IMG/VR virus record: IMGVR_UViG_3300018432_000004
Span: 8,156 to 72,155 of that record
DNA: 64,000 nucleotides
Reading direction: 5' to 3' (one strand)
DNA from: a virus
Shown in pieces: positions 17,731 to 26,092 of the stretch (its first letter is position 1; each line of letters starts with the position of its first letter). The notes below the pieces were generated by a model. It was not told the origin of the DNA, did not search any database, and saw nothing but the letters and a program-made list of their open reading frames with translations. The translations under genes and the position numbers were made by a program.

Positions 17731-18389
17731 ACCGCAAGCTCTCCGACGCGGGCGCGCACCTGATCGAGTCCTTCGAGGGGTTCAGCTCCAAGCCCTACTG
17801 GGACGACGATGGCGGCGTCTGGACGATCGGGTTCGGCAGCACCAAGGGCGTTCGCAAGGACTCGCCGCACATCACGCGCCAGCAGGCCCACGACCGCCTC
17901 ATGCGCGAGGTCGACGCGACGTACGGCGCCGCGATCAACGCCCTCGGGCTGCCGCTCTCGCAGCCGCAGTTCGACGCGCTGACGAGCTTCGTCTACAACG
18001 TCGGGCCGGGCGGCGTCGCGACCTCGACGGGCGTCGGCCGGGCGCTGCGCGCCCGCGACTGGCGGACGGCCGCGGACCGCCTGCTCGACTGGGACAAGGC
18101 GGGCGGGCGCCGCCTGCTCGGGCTCACCCGTCGCCGCCGGGCCGAGCGGGCGCTGTTCCTGCGCACGCCGGCGGTCGATCCGCTCGCGGGATACCGGGCC
18201 GACGAGAAGCGCTGGATCCGCGAGTACGACGAGCTCAAGCGCGAGAACCGCAACGAGCGCCGCCGCGAGGTTCTGCGCTCGGTGATGACGACGCGCCGCA
18301 AGGCGATCTGGACCGCCGGCGAGAAGGCCGGCTGGGACGTCGCCAAGCGCCGCCAGCGCTACCGCAGCCTGCTCGCTCGCACGACCTGA
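17727..18389 (+). CDS. Endolysin B: GH24 phage lysozyme plus C-terminal basic domain
   Basis: LIESFEGFSSKPYWDDDGGVWTIGFG, QFDALTSFVYNVG, GLTRRRRAERALF. Confidence 0.9.
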   Translation: MNRKLSDAGAHLIESFEGFSSKPYWDDDGGVWTIGFGSTKGVRKDSPHITRQQAHDRLMREVDATYGAAINALGLPLSQPQFDALTSFVYNVGPGGVATSTGVGRALRARDWRTAADRLLDWDKAGGRRLLGLTRRRRAERALFLRTPAVDPLAGYRADEKRWIREYDELKRENRNERRREVLRSVMTTRRKAIWTAGEKAGWDVAKRRQRYRSLLARTT

Positions 18390-18440
18390 CCGCTCGGCGA
18401 AGCGTCCAGGTATCGGCGGTCTGCTGCTGTACGCTGACAC

Positions 18441-18545
18441 GACGACGACGCACGGTTCCTCCGGTGCAAGGGGTTGCTTCGGCAAGGCCCGCGTCGTCGT
18501 CTCCGGTACGCGCCGGTCCCGTCGCCTTCGGGCGGCGGGACTAGC
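18441..18545 (+). ncRNA. Candidate ~100-nt structured small RNA
   Basis: TACGCT at 18430-18435; 11-bp stem 18441-18451/18491-18501 enclosing a ttgc-TTCG-gcaa hairpin; second cUUCGg hairpin 18516-18541. Confidence 0.5.
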
Positions 18546-18562
18546 GCCCGCAGGTTCCCCGC

Positions 18563-18585
18563 GCTACGGTTGCCAGCGGCAACCC
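18563..18585 (+). promoter_or_regulatory. Variant of the promoter/leader motif upstream of the Bet-like gene
   Basis: GC-TACGGT-tgccagc-GGCAACCC, then GGAGG RBS. Confidence 0.6.
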
Positions 18586-18601
18586 ACCACCGGAGGACCG
18601 C

Positions 18602-19795
18602 ATGCCCCCGAAGAACGCCGCCAAGACGCCGCCCGCTCAACGCGCCGCCCGCCCGAAGGCGAAGCCGAAGCCGAGGCCGCAGAGCGCGGCCGTCCCGCGC
18701 CGGAGCGGCGGCGCCGCTCGCCGACCGCCGGGCCGTGCCCGGCAGCTCCCCCCGCTGACGGCCGACCTCGTCGAGCACTTCGGCGGGCAGGACCGCGTCG
18801 ACCTGATCGTCTCGGAGTGCGTGCCGCCCGACGCGACCGCTGGCGACGTGCTGCGGCTGCTGCTCGAGGCGCGCCGCCTTCGAGCCGACCCGCTGCGCCA
18901 CGACGTCTACCTCGCGCGCGGCAGCTCCCGCGACGGCGCCGGCGTCGAGTACTCCGTCGCCGCTAGGCGCGACGCCCTGCTCGCGTTCGCCGAGCGCCAG
19001 GACGACTTCGAGGGCTTCGAGGCGGAGGCCGTCTACAAGGGCGACACGTTCGGCCGAGCCGAGCCGATCGCCGACGGCGACACGCTGCGCAAGCGCGCCG
19101 GCGTCACGCACACGACCGTCGGCGTGCCCGAGGACGCCGAGCGGCCCGTCGCCGCGTGGTGCATCGTCGCGCGCCGCAACCGGCCGCCCGTCGTCTTCGT
19201 CGCTCGAGCGGCCGAGTACATGGCCGCCGCCGACTTCGACGCGCTCGACCCCGACGACCCTCGCAAGCGCTACCCCGACCGCTGGCTCGTCAAGGTCGCG
19301 ATGTGCTGGCCGCTGCGGATGGCCTTCGGCCTCAACGACGTCGTCGGCGCCGAGGAGCTGACGAAGCGCCCCGACCCGCTGCCCGACCTCGGCGAGCGCG
19401 CGGCACCCGCGATCTTCAAGGAGGGCCCGGTGGACGACCTCGACGCACGCATCCTCGACGCCTACACGCAGGCGCAGGCCCTCGACGCGCTGCTGTGGCC
19501 GCCCGCGAAGGTCAGCGCCCGCCTCGCTAGCGCCCGCGCGAAGGCCGCCGAGACGGGCGGCGATCCCGCGACGTTCGATGCTCTGCGCGACGAGCTCGCC
19601 GCAGAGATCGAGGTCGCCGTCGCCGCCGAGACCGCGCGCCGGCGCGACCCGCACGCGAACCGCCGGCGCCTCGCGGAGCTGCGCGCGTTCGACGCGTCGA
19701 CGCTCGACGAGGACGACCTGCGCGGCTACCGCACGGAGCTGGCAGCGGTCGAGGCGATGGTCCAGGCTGACGAAGCCTCGGCGGCCACGGCGTAG
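18602..19795 (+). CDS. Red-beta/RecT-like single-strand annealing protein
   Basis: ADPLRHDVYL, ALLAFAERQDDFEGFEAEAVYKGD, AAWCIVARRN, WLVKVAMCWPLRMAF. Confidence 0.7.
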   Translation: MPPKNAAKTPPAQRAARPKAKPKPRPQSAAVPRRSGGAARRPPGRARQLPPLTADLVEHFGGQDRVDLIVSECVPPDATAGDVLRLLLEARRLRADPLRHDVYLARGSSRDGAGVEYSVAARRDALLAFAERQDDFEGFEAEAVYKGDTFGRAEPIADGDTLRKRAGVTHTTVGVPEDAERPVAAWCIVARRNRPPVVFVARAAEYMAAADFDALDPDDPRKRYPDRWLVKVAMCWPLRMAFGLNDVVGAEELTKRPDPLPDLGERAAPAIFKEGPVDDLDARILDAYTQAQALDALLWPPAKVSARLASARAKAAETGGDPATFDALRDELAAEIEVAVAAETARRRDPHANRRRLAELRAFDASTLDEDDLRGYRTELAAVEAMVQADEASAATA

Positions 19796-19805
19796 AGTCG
19801 CCGCC

Positions 19806-19883
19806 ATGCAACCCCTGCGCCGTGCGCTAGCGGCTCGTCGTGTGTGCTCGACCATCGCAGCGCGTCGAAAGCGCTCGTCGTGA
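19806..19883 (+). CDS. Possible 25-aa leaderless basic peptide
   Basis: ATG 7 nt after TAGAGT; begins ATGCAACCCCT; stop overlaps the next GTG. Confidence 0.35.
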   Translation: MQPLRRALAARRVCSTIAARRKRSS

Positions 19884-20077
19884 GCAGGCGGCGTCCGGCG
19901 CGCTGTACGAAGGTCCGATATGGCAGCGTCGCGACGGCGAATGAGGCGCTTGACCGCATCGACGCCCAGCGACCTCGCACCGGCAAGCTTCCCGTGCGGG
20001 CGTACCAGTGCCCGGTCTGCAAGGGGTGGCATCTGACCTCATCCGTCACTGGTTACGAGCGGCGGCGGGCGTCATGA
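19880..20077 (+). CDS. Small Zn-finger-like phage protein
   Basis: CTKVRY..ANEAL..RAYQCPVCKGWHLTS. Confidence 0.7.
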   Translation: MSRRRPARCTKVRYGSVATANEALDRIDAQRPRTGKLPVRAYQCPVCKGWHLTSSVTGYERRRAS

Positions 20078-20238
20078 CGTGCCTGCTCACGATCCTGCTC
20101 GTCGCGTTCTTCGTGGCCTTGTTCTTTCTCGGCGAGTGCATCCTCAGCGGTGGGGGCGGTCATCCACCCCCGCGCAACCCTCCGCCGCCAAGGGGCCACA
20201 TTCCGCCGCCTCCGCCTCCGCCACGGAAGGACGACTAG
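20074..20238 (+). CDS. Small membrane protein with polyproline tail
   Basis: One TM segment then GGGGHPPPRNPPPPRGHIPPPPPPPRKDD; coupled by ATGA. Confidence 0.55.
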   Translation: MTCLLTILLVAFFVALFFLGECILSGGGGHPPPRNPPPPRGHIPPPPPPPRKDD

Positions 20239-21624
20239 ATGTCTGCTTTGCAACGGGACGAACGGCCGGCGGTTCCGTACCCGACGGCGCTGCTGCACTT
20301 CCCGGTGCTGCGCCAGTCGACGCTCGCCGGCTTCGCGGACTGCCAGCTCGCCGCAGGCTTCGGTCTGCGGATGGCGATCCCGAAGCCGGGGACGCAGGCG
20401 CTCCACACGAGCGGCTTCACGACGCACCGCCAGGCCGCGGGCCGGTTGATCCACGCGACGATCGCCGCGGCGCTCCGCCACATGGTCGAGCGGACCGAGG
20501 AGGCGATCGCGCCCGAGATCGTCCTCGACCTGTGGGACCGCGTCGTGCGCCAGGCCGACGCGCCCGTCGAGGACACGTTCGCGCTCCCCGCGCACGAGGA
20601 CGCGCTCGCGCGCCGAACGCTGCGCAAGTGGGCGCGCGACAACTCGTTCACGATCGCCGAGATATACGGCGTCGAGGAGCGGCTGCAGGCCGTCATCACG
20701 TACCCCGACGGAGCGGGCGGCGTCGTCGAGCGGACGCTGACCGGCCAGCTCGACCTCCTGCTCGTCGACCCGAGCGGCGCGCACGCGACCGTGCCCGACT
20801 GGAAGGACACGTGGAAGCTCCCGACGAAGAAGGGCGCCGAAGCTGACCTCGACGACTTCGACGACGAGGCGGAGGACGTCGGCGACGACACGCTCAGCCT
20901 CGAGGGCTACTTCCAGCAGCGCTTCTACGCGCTGCTGATCTTCCTCTGCCTGCCCGCCGTGCAGTCGGTCACGCTGCGCGAGTTCTACGTCCGGCGGTCC
21001 AAGCCGCGCGAGGCGACGATCTGGCGGCACGAGCTGCCGAACCTCGTCGCGTACTTCTCGGCGACGGCGGAGCGCTTCGACCGCTGCTACGAGACGGCGA
21101 TCATCACGCGCCGCGGCCGCGTGCGCCGGCGCGTCCTCGCGACCGTCGCGCAGTGGGGCGAGCCGAGCCCCGGCGCGCACTGCTCCTACTGCCCCGGCGC
21201 GATGGACTGCCCCGTCCCGCCCGAGGCGCGCGAGGCCGGGATGATCACCTCGCCGGCGGAGGCGCAAACCATCGCCGGGATCCTCATCCGCGCCAAGCGC
21301 GTCGTCAAGATGACCGAGGCGAGCCTGCGCACCTGGGCGGACCGCGAGGGCCCGGTCCGCGTGAAGGACGCGAAGCGCGACCGCTTCTTTGGCTACGTCG
21401 AGGCCGAGCGCGTCGAGCGGCCCTCGCTCAAGAAGCTCAACGAGGCGATGCTCGCCGGACGCGATCCCCGCACGCTCTACCGGGCGAAGACGCATACCCG
21501 GTTCGCCGACTTCAGCCCCGACGATCAGGTCAACCGCGAGATCAGCGACGAGGACACCGTCGCGATGTTTGAGGCCGCGGTCGAGCAGGCGAAGGCGAAG
21601 CGGCGTCGAAGGTCGGCGGCGTGA
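20239..21624 (+). CDS. Cas4/RecB-like PD-(D/E)XK exonuclease
   Basis: LTGQLDLLLVD..VPDWK, FQQRFYA, HCSYCP..DCP, N-terminal Cys (FADCQL). Confidence 0.8.
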   Translation: MSALQRDERPAVPYPTALLHFPVLRQSTLAGFADCQLAAGFGLRMAIPKPGTQALHTSGFTTHRQAAGRLIHATIAAALRHMVERTEEAIAPEIVLDLWDRVVRQADAPVEDTFALPAHEDALARRTLRKWARDNSFTIAEIYGVEERLQAVITYPDGAGGVVERTLTGQLDLLLVDPSGAHATVPDWKDTWKLPTKKGAEADLDDFDDEAEDVGDDTLSLEGYFQQRFYALLIFLCLPAVQSVTLREFYVRRSKPREATIWRHELPNLVAYFSATAERFDRCYETAIITRRGRVRRRVLATVAQWGEPSPGAHCSYCPGAMDCPVPPEAREAGMITSPAEAQTIAGILIRAKRVVKMTEASLRTWADREGPVRVKDAKRDRFFGYVEAERVERPSLKKLNEAMLAGRDPRTLYRAKTHTRFADFSPDDQVNREISDEDTVAMFEAAVEQAKAKRRRRSAA

Positions 21625-22130
21625 AGCGCGGGAAGGGCCTATCGCACGATCCGGCGCGCGCCGCTGAGCGCCGCCAGCGCCGCGAGGCGCGCAGGGCAGC
21701 CGAACCCCCACGCCCAGAGGACGCAGCCCGAGAGGCGCGCCGCGCGGCACGCGAGGCGCCCCAATCCGCGACCGACCACGACCGCGACGGCGCCCGCGAG
21801 TGGAACCGGGCGGCTCGGCGCGCCGGCTGCGCCATGTGCCGCCACCGCCCGCCGGCGGCGTGGGTCCGCCGCGAGCGCGCCGCCGACCTCGCCCGCATAG
21901 ACGGCCACCACTGCATCCCGAAGCAGGACCTCAAGCGCTGGGGGCTGTTCTCGCGGCTGTGGGACCTCGCGAACATGCTGCCGCTCTGCCGCTACCACCA
22001 CTTCCGCCACGAGGACGCGTACGAGCGCGTCCCGCGCGAGCTGCTGCCGCCCGAGGCGTTCGCGTTCGCCGACGAGATCGGCGCCCGGTACGTGCTCGAG
22101 GACGACCGCGTCTACCCCGTGGCGGCGTGA
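21621..22130 (+). CDS. HNH-like endonuclease
   Basis: CAMC..DGHHCIPKQ..NMLPLCRYHHFRHE. Confidence 0.7.
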   Translation: MKRGKGLSHDPARAAERRQRREARRAAEPPRPEDAAREARRAAREAPQSATDHDRDGAREWNRAARRAGCAMCRHRPPAAWVRRERAADLARIDGHHCIPKQDLKRWGLFSRLWDLANMLPLCRYHHFRHEDAYERVPRELLPPEAFAFADEIGARYVLEDDRVYPVAA

Positions 22131-22264
22131 GCGGCGCCGGAACTTGCCGCAGGGTGCGGGGCGACGCTCGCAGCTTGAGCGCGCGTCGTGCTACGACCGG
22201 ACTACCTGACCGCTCGGCGCCGGGGACGCCGACGGCCGAACACTGACTCCCCGCTGGAGGTCGC

Positions 22265-22741
22265 ATGGCAGACGACGAAAGCAAGTCGATTCGAGAGATG
22301 GCCGAGGCCGACGCCGACGCCGCAGACGACGCCGAGCTGTTCCCCCTCGGCTCGCTCGAGGGCGACGAGACGACGCTCGCCCAGCTCATCAAGCCCGGCC
22401 ATACCGTCGAGGTGACGGTCTCGATGGGCACCGCCGAGGTGCCGTCGCCTCGCGGCGGCCTGCTCGACCCCGCCAACGAGGGGATGGTGCTCGTCACGTT
22501 CGAGGTCGCCGGCTACACGCCGGTGCCGGTGCGCAGGGGCGATCGCGTCAGCGGCAAGGAGATCACCGGCTGGAAGCTCCGGCAGAACCTCCGCCCGATC
22601 CACGTCGAACGGGTGCAGGGCGAGGCCGGCGCGATCGAGGCGGCGTTCGCCGACCTGCTGCGCGCCGACGAGGCCGCGGCCTCGTCGCTGCTCGACCGGA
22701 TGCGCGACCGCGCAGACAAGGCGCTCGGCGCCCCCGTCTGA
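22265..22741 (+). CDS. Hypothetical protein
   Basis: GGAGG RBS; 158 aa with strong GC3 bias. Confidence 0.75.
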   Translation: MADDESKSIREMAEADADAADDAELFPLGSLEGDETTLAQLIKPGHTVEVTVSMGTAEVPSPRGGLLDPANEGMVLVTFEVAGYTPVPVRRGDRVSGKEITGWKLRQNLRPIHVERVQGEAGAIEAAFADLLRADEAAASSLLDRMRDRADKALGAPV

Positions 22742-22803
22742 TCGCAGAAGCACGAACGGCGCCGGGGAGGGCGCCGCTCGTTCGGAGAAGCCACATGACT
22801 ATG

Positions 22804-22833
22804 GCCCGCCGGACTGTATTACGTCCGGCGGGC
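22804..22833. promoter_or_regulatory. Perfect 11-bp inverted repeat upstream of the replication initiator
   Basis: gcccgccggac-tgtattac-gtccggcgggc. Confidence 0.55.
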
Positions 22834-22849
22834 GGAAAAGGAGAGCCCG

Positions 22850-23668
22850 ATGGATCCACCTAAGCCGCCCGACCCGTGGGCGTTTCAGCGCTGGGCGTTC
22901 GCGACGACCGTCGGCAATCCGGTCCGCAAGGCCGTGCTGTCGATGCTGGCGATGATGGCCGACAGCTCGAGCGGTAGATGCGAAGCCAAGCAGGCGACGC
23001 TCGCCGCGGGCGTCGAGGCCGGCGAGCGCGCCGTGCGCGGGCACCTTCGAGCGCTTGAGCAGGCCGAGGTCATCGCACGGAGGCCGCAGCGCCGGCTGGA
23101 CGGCAGCCGCCGCGGGGATGAGTTTCTGCTGCTGGCGCCCTGGATCACCGAGTGGCCCGACGGCGAGACGATCATGCGGCACGAGGTGCCGCATGATCCA
23201 CCCGGCACGGATCGACCGGGCCACCCGGCACAGATCGACCCCGCAGTAACGACCTCTTCTCCGAACGGCCACGCTAAGGCGTCTGGAGGCGCGCGCCCGG
23301 ACGCGTTTCCCGACGACCTGCCCGAGGCGCTGCACGAGCCCGCGGTCGCCGCCGGGCGGATCCTCAAGGGCGTCGCCGTCGAGCGCGGCCAGGCGAAGCC
23401 CGTCACCCGCCTCACCGTCGGCCACGCGGTGCTGACGTACCCCGACCGCGACCACGTGCAGGTCGCCCGAGAGGTCGAGGCGTGGATGCTGCACGGCCGC
23501 GGGGCGCAGCGGTCCTGCCGCGACGTCGTCGCTCGCTTCCGCAACTTCCTGAGCAACGCCGAGCCGCGGCCAGGCCCACCGATCGCCGGTTCCGCCGCGC
23601 CGCGCGGCGCACCGTCCACCGGATCGGGCAGACTTCGGGCTATGGCTGCCGAACTGCGAGACGAGTAG
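22850..23668 (+). CDS. Phage replication initiator with N-terminal winged helix
   Basis: VRKAVLSMLAMMAD..CEAKQATLA..ERAVRGHLRALEQAEVIARR; internal repeat cluster; followed by a loader-like gene. Confidence 0.7.
   Translation: MDPPKPPDPWAFQRWAFATTVGNPVRKAVLSMLAMMADSSSGRCEAKQATLAAGVEAGERAVRGHLRALEQAEVIARRPQRRLDGSRRGDEFLLLAPWITEWPDGETIMRHEVPHDPPGTDRPGHPAQIDPAVTTSSPNGHAKASGGARPDAFPDDLPEALHEPAVAAGRILKGVAVERGQAKPVTRLTVGHAVLTYPDRDHVQVAREVEAWMLHGRGAQRSCRDVVARFRNFLSNAEPRPGPPIAGSAAPRGAPSTGSGRLRAMAAELRDE
23171..23240. repeat. Origin-like iteron cluster inside the initiator gene
   Basis: 12-bp perfect inverted repeat atcatgcggcac/gtgccgcatgat (23171-23197); 20-bp direct repeat ccacccggcac(g/a)gatcgacc at 23198 and 23221. 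Confidence 0.65.
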
Positions 23669-24418
23669 ATGCCCGCCGTGGCCGACCGCGAGCGGATGGC
23701 CCGCGCCCTTGAGCTCGTCGCGCTCGTCGAGGAGAGCTTCCCGGCCGCGCGCTTCAACGACGAGCACCGCAAGCGCTACGCCGCCGACGTCGTGCACCTG
23801 GACCCCGACGAGGCCGTGGCGGCCGTCGAGGTCCTCAAGCGCACGCCCGGCCGGGACGGCCGGGCGCCCGAGTTCCCGCCGCCCGCCGGCGACGTCTGCC
23901 GCGAGGTCGCGCGGCTGCAGGTCGACGCCCCGGACTGGGGCGAGGTCAAGCGCCAGCTCGTGAAGCGCTGGGAGGCGACGATCGAGGCGCGCGAGCGGCC
24001 CGACGGCTGGACGTGCCCGCACGACCGCTGCGACGGCTCGGGGATCGTGCACCACGACGAGAAGAACGACTCGTGGCCGTGCGAGTGCCGCGCCGCGATG
24101 ATCGCCGCGCGCCGGCTCGCCGATCCGCTGCACCCGCTGCTGCGCGAGTTCATCGACGAGGGCTACGTGACGTGGACCGAGGTCGAGGCGGTCGGCCGCG
24201 GCATGGCGACGACGCTTGAGTCGCAGATGCGCGCGAAGTGGGAGGCGTTCGCCCGGCAGGCCGTCGAGTCGCGCGCGATCGCCTCGCTCGACGGCCCGCC
24301 GACGCTCCGCCGCCTCGAGCGCGCCCGCGACGAGGACGGGCTGCGCAGCGGCCACGAGCCCCGACGGCTCGGCGCCGCGGTCGACGGCGTCGTCGCGGCG
24401 CTCACCAGCGGCTCGTGA
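23669..24418 (+). CDS. Helicase loader/inhibitor-like (G39P-like) protein with Cys cluster
   Basis: Directly after the initiator; EFPPPAGDVCREV..APDWGEV; CPHDRCDGSG..WPCEC. Confidence 0.5.
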   Translation: MPAVADRERMARALELVALVEESFPAARFNDEHRKRYAADVVHLDPDEAVAAVEVLKRTPGRDGRAPEFPPPAGDVCREVARLQVDAPDWGEVKRQLVKRWEATIEARERPDGWTCPHDRCDGSGIVHHDEKNDSWPCECRAAMIAARRLADPLHPLLREFIDEGYVTWTEVEAVGRGMATTLESQMRAKWEAFARQAVESRAIASLDGPPTLRRLERARDEDGLRSGHEPRRLGAAVDGVVAALTSGS

Positions 24419-24624
24419 ACCCCGACCGCATCCGCCACTGGGAGGACGACGCGCCGGCCGTCGCGATCTGTGTGTGCGGCGGGTCGCTCATGCTCGTCGA
24501 GGACGATCCGCCGCTACCGATCGAGGCGCAGTGCGCGAAGTGCGGCGAGCTGACCGGCGTATCGCGCGACGCGGCGCAGCTCGTCGGTCCGGCGGGGGGA
24601 ACGCCCGAGGACCTCGGGTTCTGA
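24415..24624 (+). CDS. Small Zn-ribbon protein
   Basis: CVCGG..QCAKCGE; GTGA coupling. Confidence 0.6.
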   Translation: MNPDRIRHWEDDAPAVAICVCGGSLMLVEDDPPLPIEAQCAKCGELTGVSRDAAQLVGPAGGTPEDLGF

Positions 24625-24626
24625 TC

Positions 24627-25241
24627 GTGCCCGACACGCTGCCGGGCGTCGCGCTGCCCCCGCTGACCTGCCGCCTCCCCGACAACGTGTGGGGGCTCGA
24701 CCTGTCGACGCGCCGGATCGCGCTCGGCGTCGTCCAGGGCGCCGGGCCGCACCGCCAACCCGAGGTCGGATGGTTCTCGCTTGAGATCGTGCAGCACGAG
24801 GGCGGAGCGTCGCGGCTCGCCGGCCTGCTCGACGCCCTCGTGCCGTTCGTGCAGCGGATCGCGACGGCCGCGCCGCCGGCGGCGATCCTCGCCGAGCAGC
24901 CCTACGGGCAGGGCAAGGCGCGCCCGCACCCGCAGAGCTACTACGTCGTCGGCGTCGCCCTCGCCGTGCTCGCCCGCGAGTTCCCGCTCGCCGACGTCCA
25001 GATGGTCGAGCCGACGAGCTGGAAGGCCGACGCGCTCGGCGCCGGCGCCGGCTTCGCGAAGAAGCCGCGGATCCTGCGCTGGGCGCAGACGACGCTCGAC
25101 TACACCGGCGACTGCCCAAAGTGCCACGGCCTCGGCAACGCGAAGTGCGACCACGCGTGCCGCGCCCACGACGAGGCCGACTGCCTCGGCGTCGCGACGT
25201 GCGCCGCGATCAGATGGTGCAGGGACCGTCGCCTGCGCTAG
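24627..25241 (+). CDS. RuvC-like Holliday junction resolvase
   Basis: WGLDLSTRRIALGV, ILAEQPY, VEPTSWKA, HDEADCLGVA. Confidence 0.75.
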   Translation: MPDTLPGVALPPLTCRLPDNVWGLDLSTRRIALGVVQGAGPHRQPEVGWFSLEIVQHEGGASRLAGLLDALVPFVQRIATAAPPAAILAEQPYGQGKARPHPQSYYVVGVALAVLAREFPLADVQMVEPTSWKADALGAGAGFAKKPRILRWAQTTLDYTGDCPKCHGLGNAKCDHACRAHDEADCLGVATCAAIRWCRDRRLR

Positions 25242-25259
25242 GCTGTGCGGCGCAACCCC
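25237..25259 (+). promoter_or_regulatory. Promoter/operator/leader motif (copy 2)
   Basis: gctaggctgtgcggcgcaacccc. Confidence 0.75.
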
Positions 25260-25278
25260 TCGACCCCCCGGAGCCCTC

Positions 25279-25449
25279 ATGGACACACTGATCGCCTACG
25301 TCCTCGCCTACGGCGCCCCGCTCGCGTACTTCGCCGGCGGGCTGCTCGCCGTCGTCGCGACCCGCGCCCTGTACGAGCACGCCCTCGTCGTCCAGGCGCA
25401 GCGCCGCGCGCGCCGCCGCTCGCAGCGCCGCCGGGGGTTCGTGCTGTGA
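25279..25449 (+). CDS. Small single-pass membrane protein
   Basis: GGAG RBS; hydrophobic N-half, Arg-rich C-tail. Confidence 0.65.
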   Translation: MDTLIAYVLAYGAPLAYFAGGLLAVVATRALYEHALVVQAQRRARRRSQRRRGFVL

Positions 25450-25748
25450 GCCTCACCGACGAGCAGATCGCCGACGCGCTGGGGGCGCTCGAGGACGGCG
25501 CCGTGCTCGTGCGCCCCGGCGATCTGCTCGGGCCGGGCGACGCCGCCGCGATCATCGGCGTCGACCGCTCAACGGTCAGCCGGTGGATCCGCGAGGGCTA
25601 CATGCCCGAGCCGCTGCAGGTCCTCATGCTGCGCGGCGCGAAGGGCGTCCCGGTCTGGACGCGCCCGACGATCACGAAGTTCGCCGCCGAGCACCACGGG
25701 CGCTCCGACGCCGCCGGCCGCCGCCCCCTCGGAACCGCGCAGCGCTGA
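25446..25748 (+). CDS. MerR/excisionase-like HTH DNA-binding protein
   Basis: LLGPGDAAAIIGVDRSTVSRWIREGYMPEP. Confidence 0.8.
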   Translation: MSLTDEQIADALGALEDGAVLVRPGDLLGPGDAAAIIGVDRSTVSRWIREGYMPEPLQVLMLRGAKGVPVWTRPTITKFAAEHHGRSDAAGRRPLGTAQR

Positions 25749-25783
25749 CGATCACCGCGGCATGCTGGATAGGCTTATTGTCG

Positions 25784-26092
25784 ATGCCACGCGTACCGCG
25801 AGCGCCGGACCCGCCTCCGGCGATGAGCTACTTCGACGTGCTCGGCCACCGCTTCTACACGCAGCGCAAACCCAGCGAGCCGGCCGGACCCGTGAGCATC
25901 TCTCTGCTGCTGACGATCATCGGCCTGATGGTCACCGCGTTCCACGAGCTGACGTACCGCCAGACCGGCGGCGGCGAGTTCCCGGTGCTGCACGTGCTCT
26001 CGCACGCAGGCGGCGACATGCTGATGCTGCTCGGGATCCTGATCGCGTCGGTTGCGATCGCGCAGCTTGTCAACGTGCGGGGAGTTCGATGA
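25784..26092 (+). CDS. Membrane protein (2 TM)
   Basis: ATG 8 nt after TAGGCT (25770-25775); two hydrophobic segments. Confidence 0.6.
   Translation: MPRVPRAPDPPPAMSYFDVLGHRFYTQRKPSEPAGPVSISLLLTIIGLMVTAFHELTYRQTGGGEFPVLHVLSHAGGDMLMLLGILIASVAIAQLVNVRGVR

Noticed and set aside
18441-18545. Structured RNA as a tRNA or hammerhead ribozyme
   Set aside because: No cloverleaf with T-loop and D-loop consensus, and no CUGAUGA/GAAA core
20239-21624. Cas4-like gene as a sign of a CRISPR-Cas locus
   Set aside because: No repeat-spacer array or other cas genes seen; context fits a phage recombination exonuclease
18384-22219. 16-bp exact repeat acctgaccgctcggcg at 18384-18399 and 22204-22219
   Set aside because: One such match in 64 kb of GC-skewed DNA is plausible by chance; only two copies and no shared context
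25446-25748. Excisionase-like HTH as proof of a temperate lifestyle
   Set aside because: No integrase, att site or CI-like repressor recognised in the window; such HTH genes also occur in lytic phages
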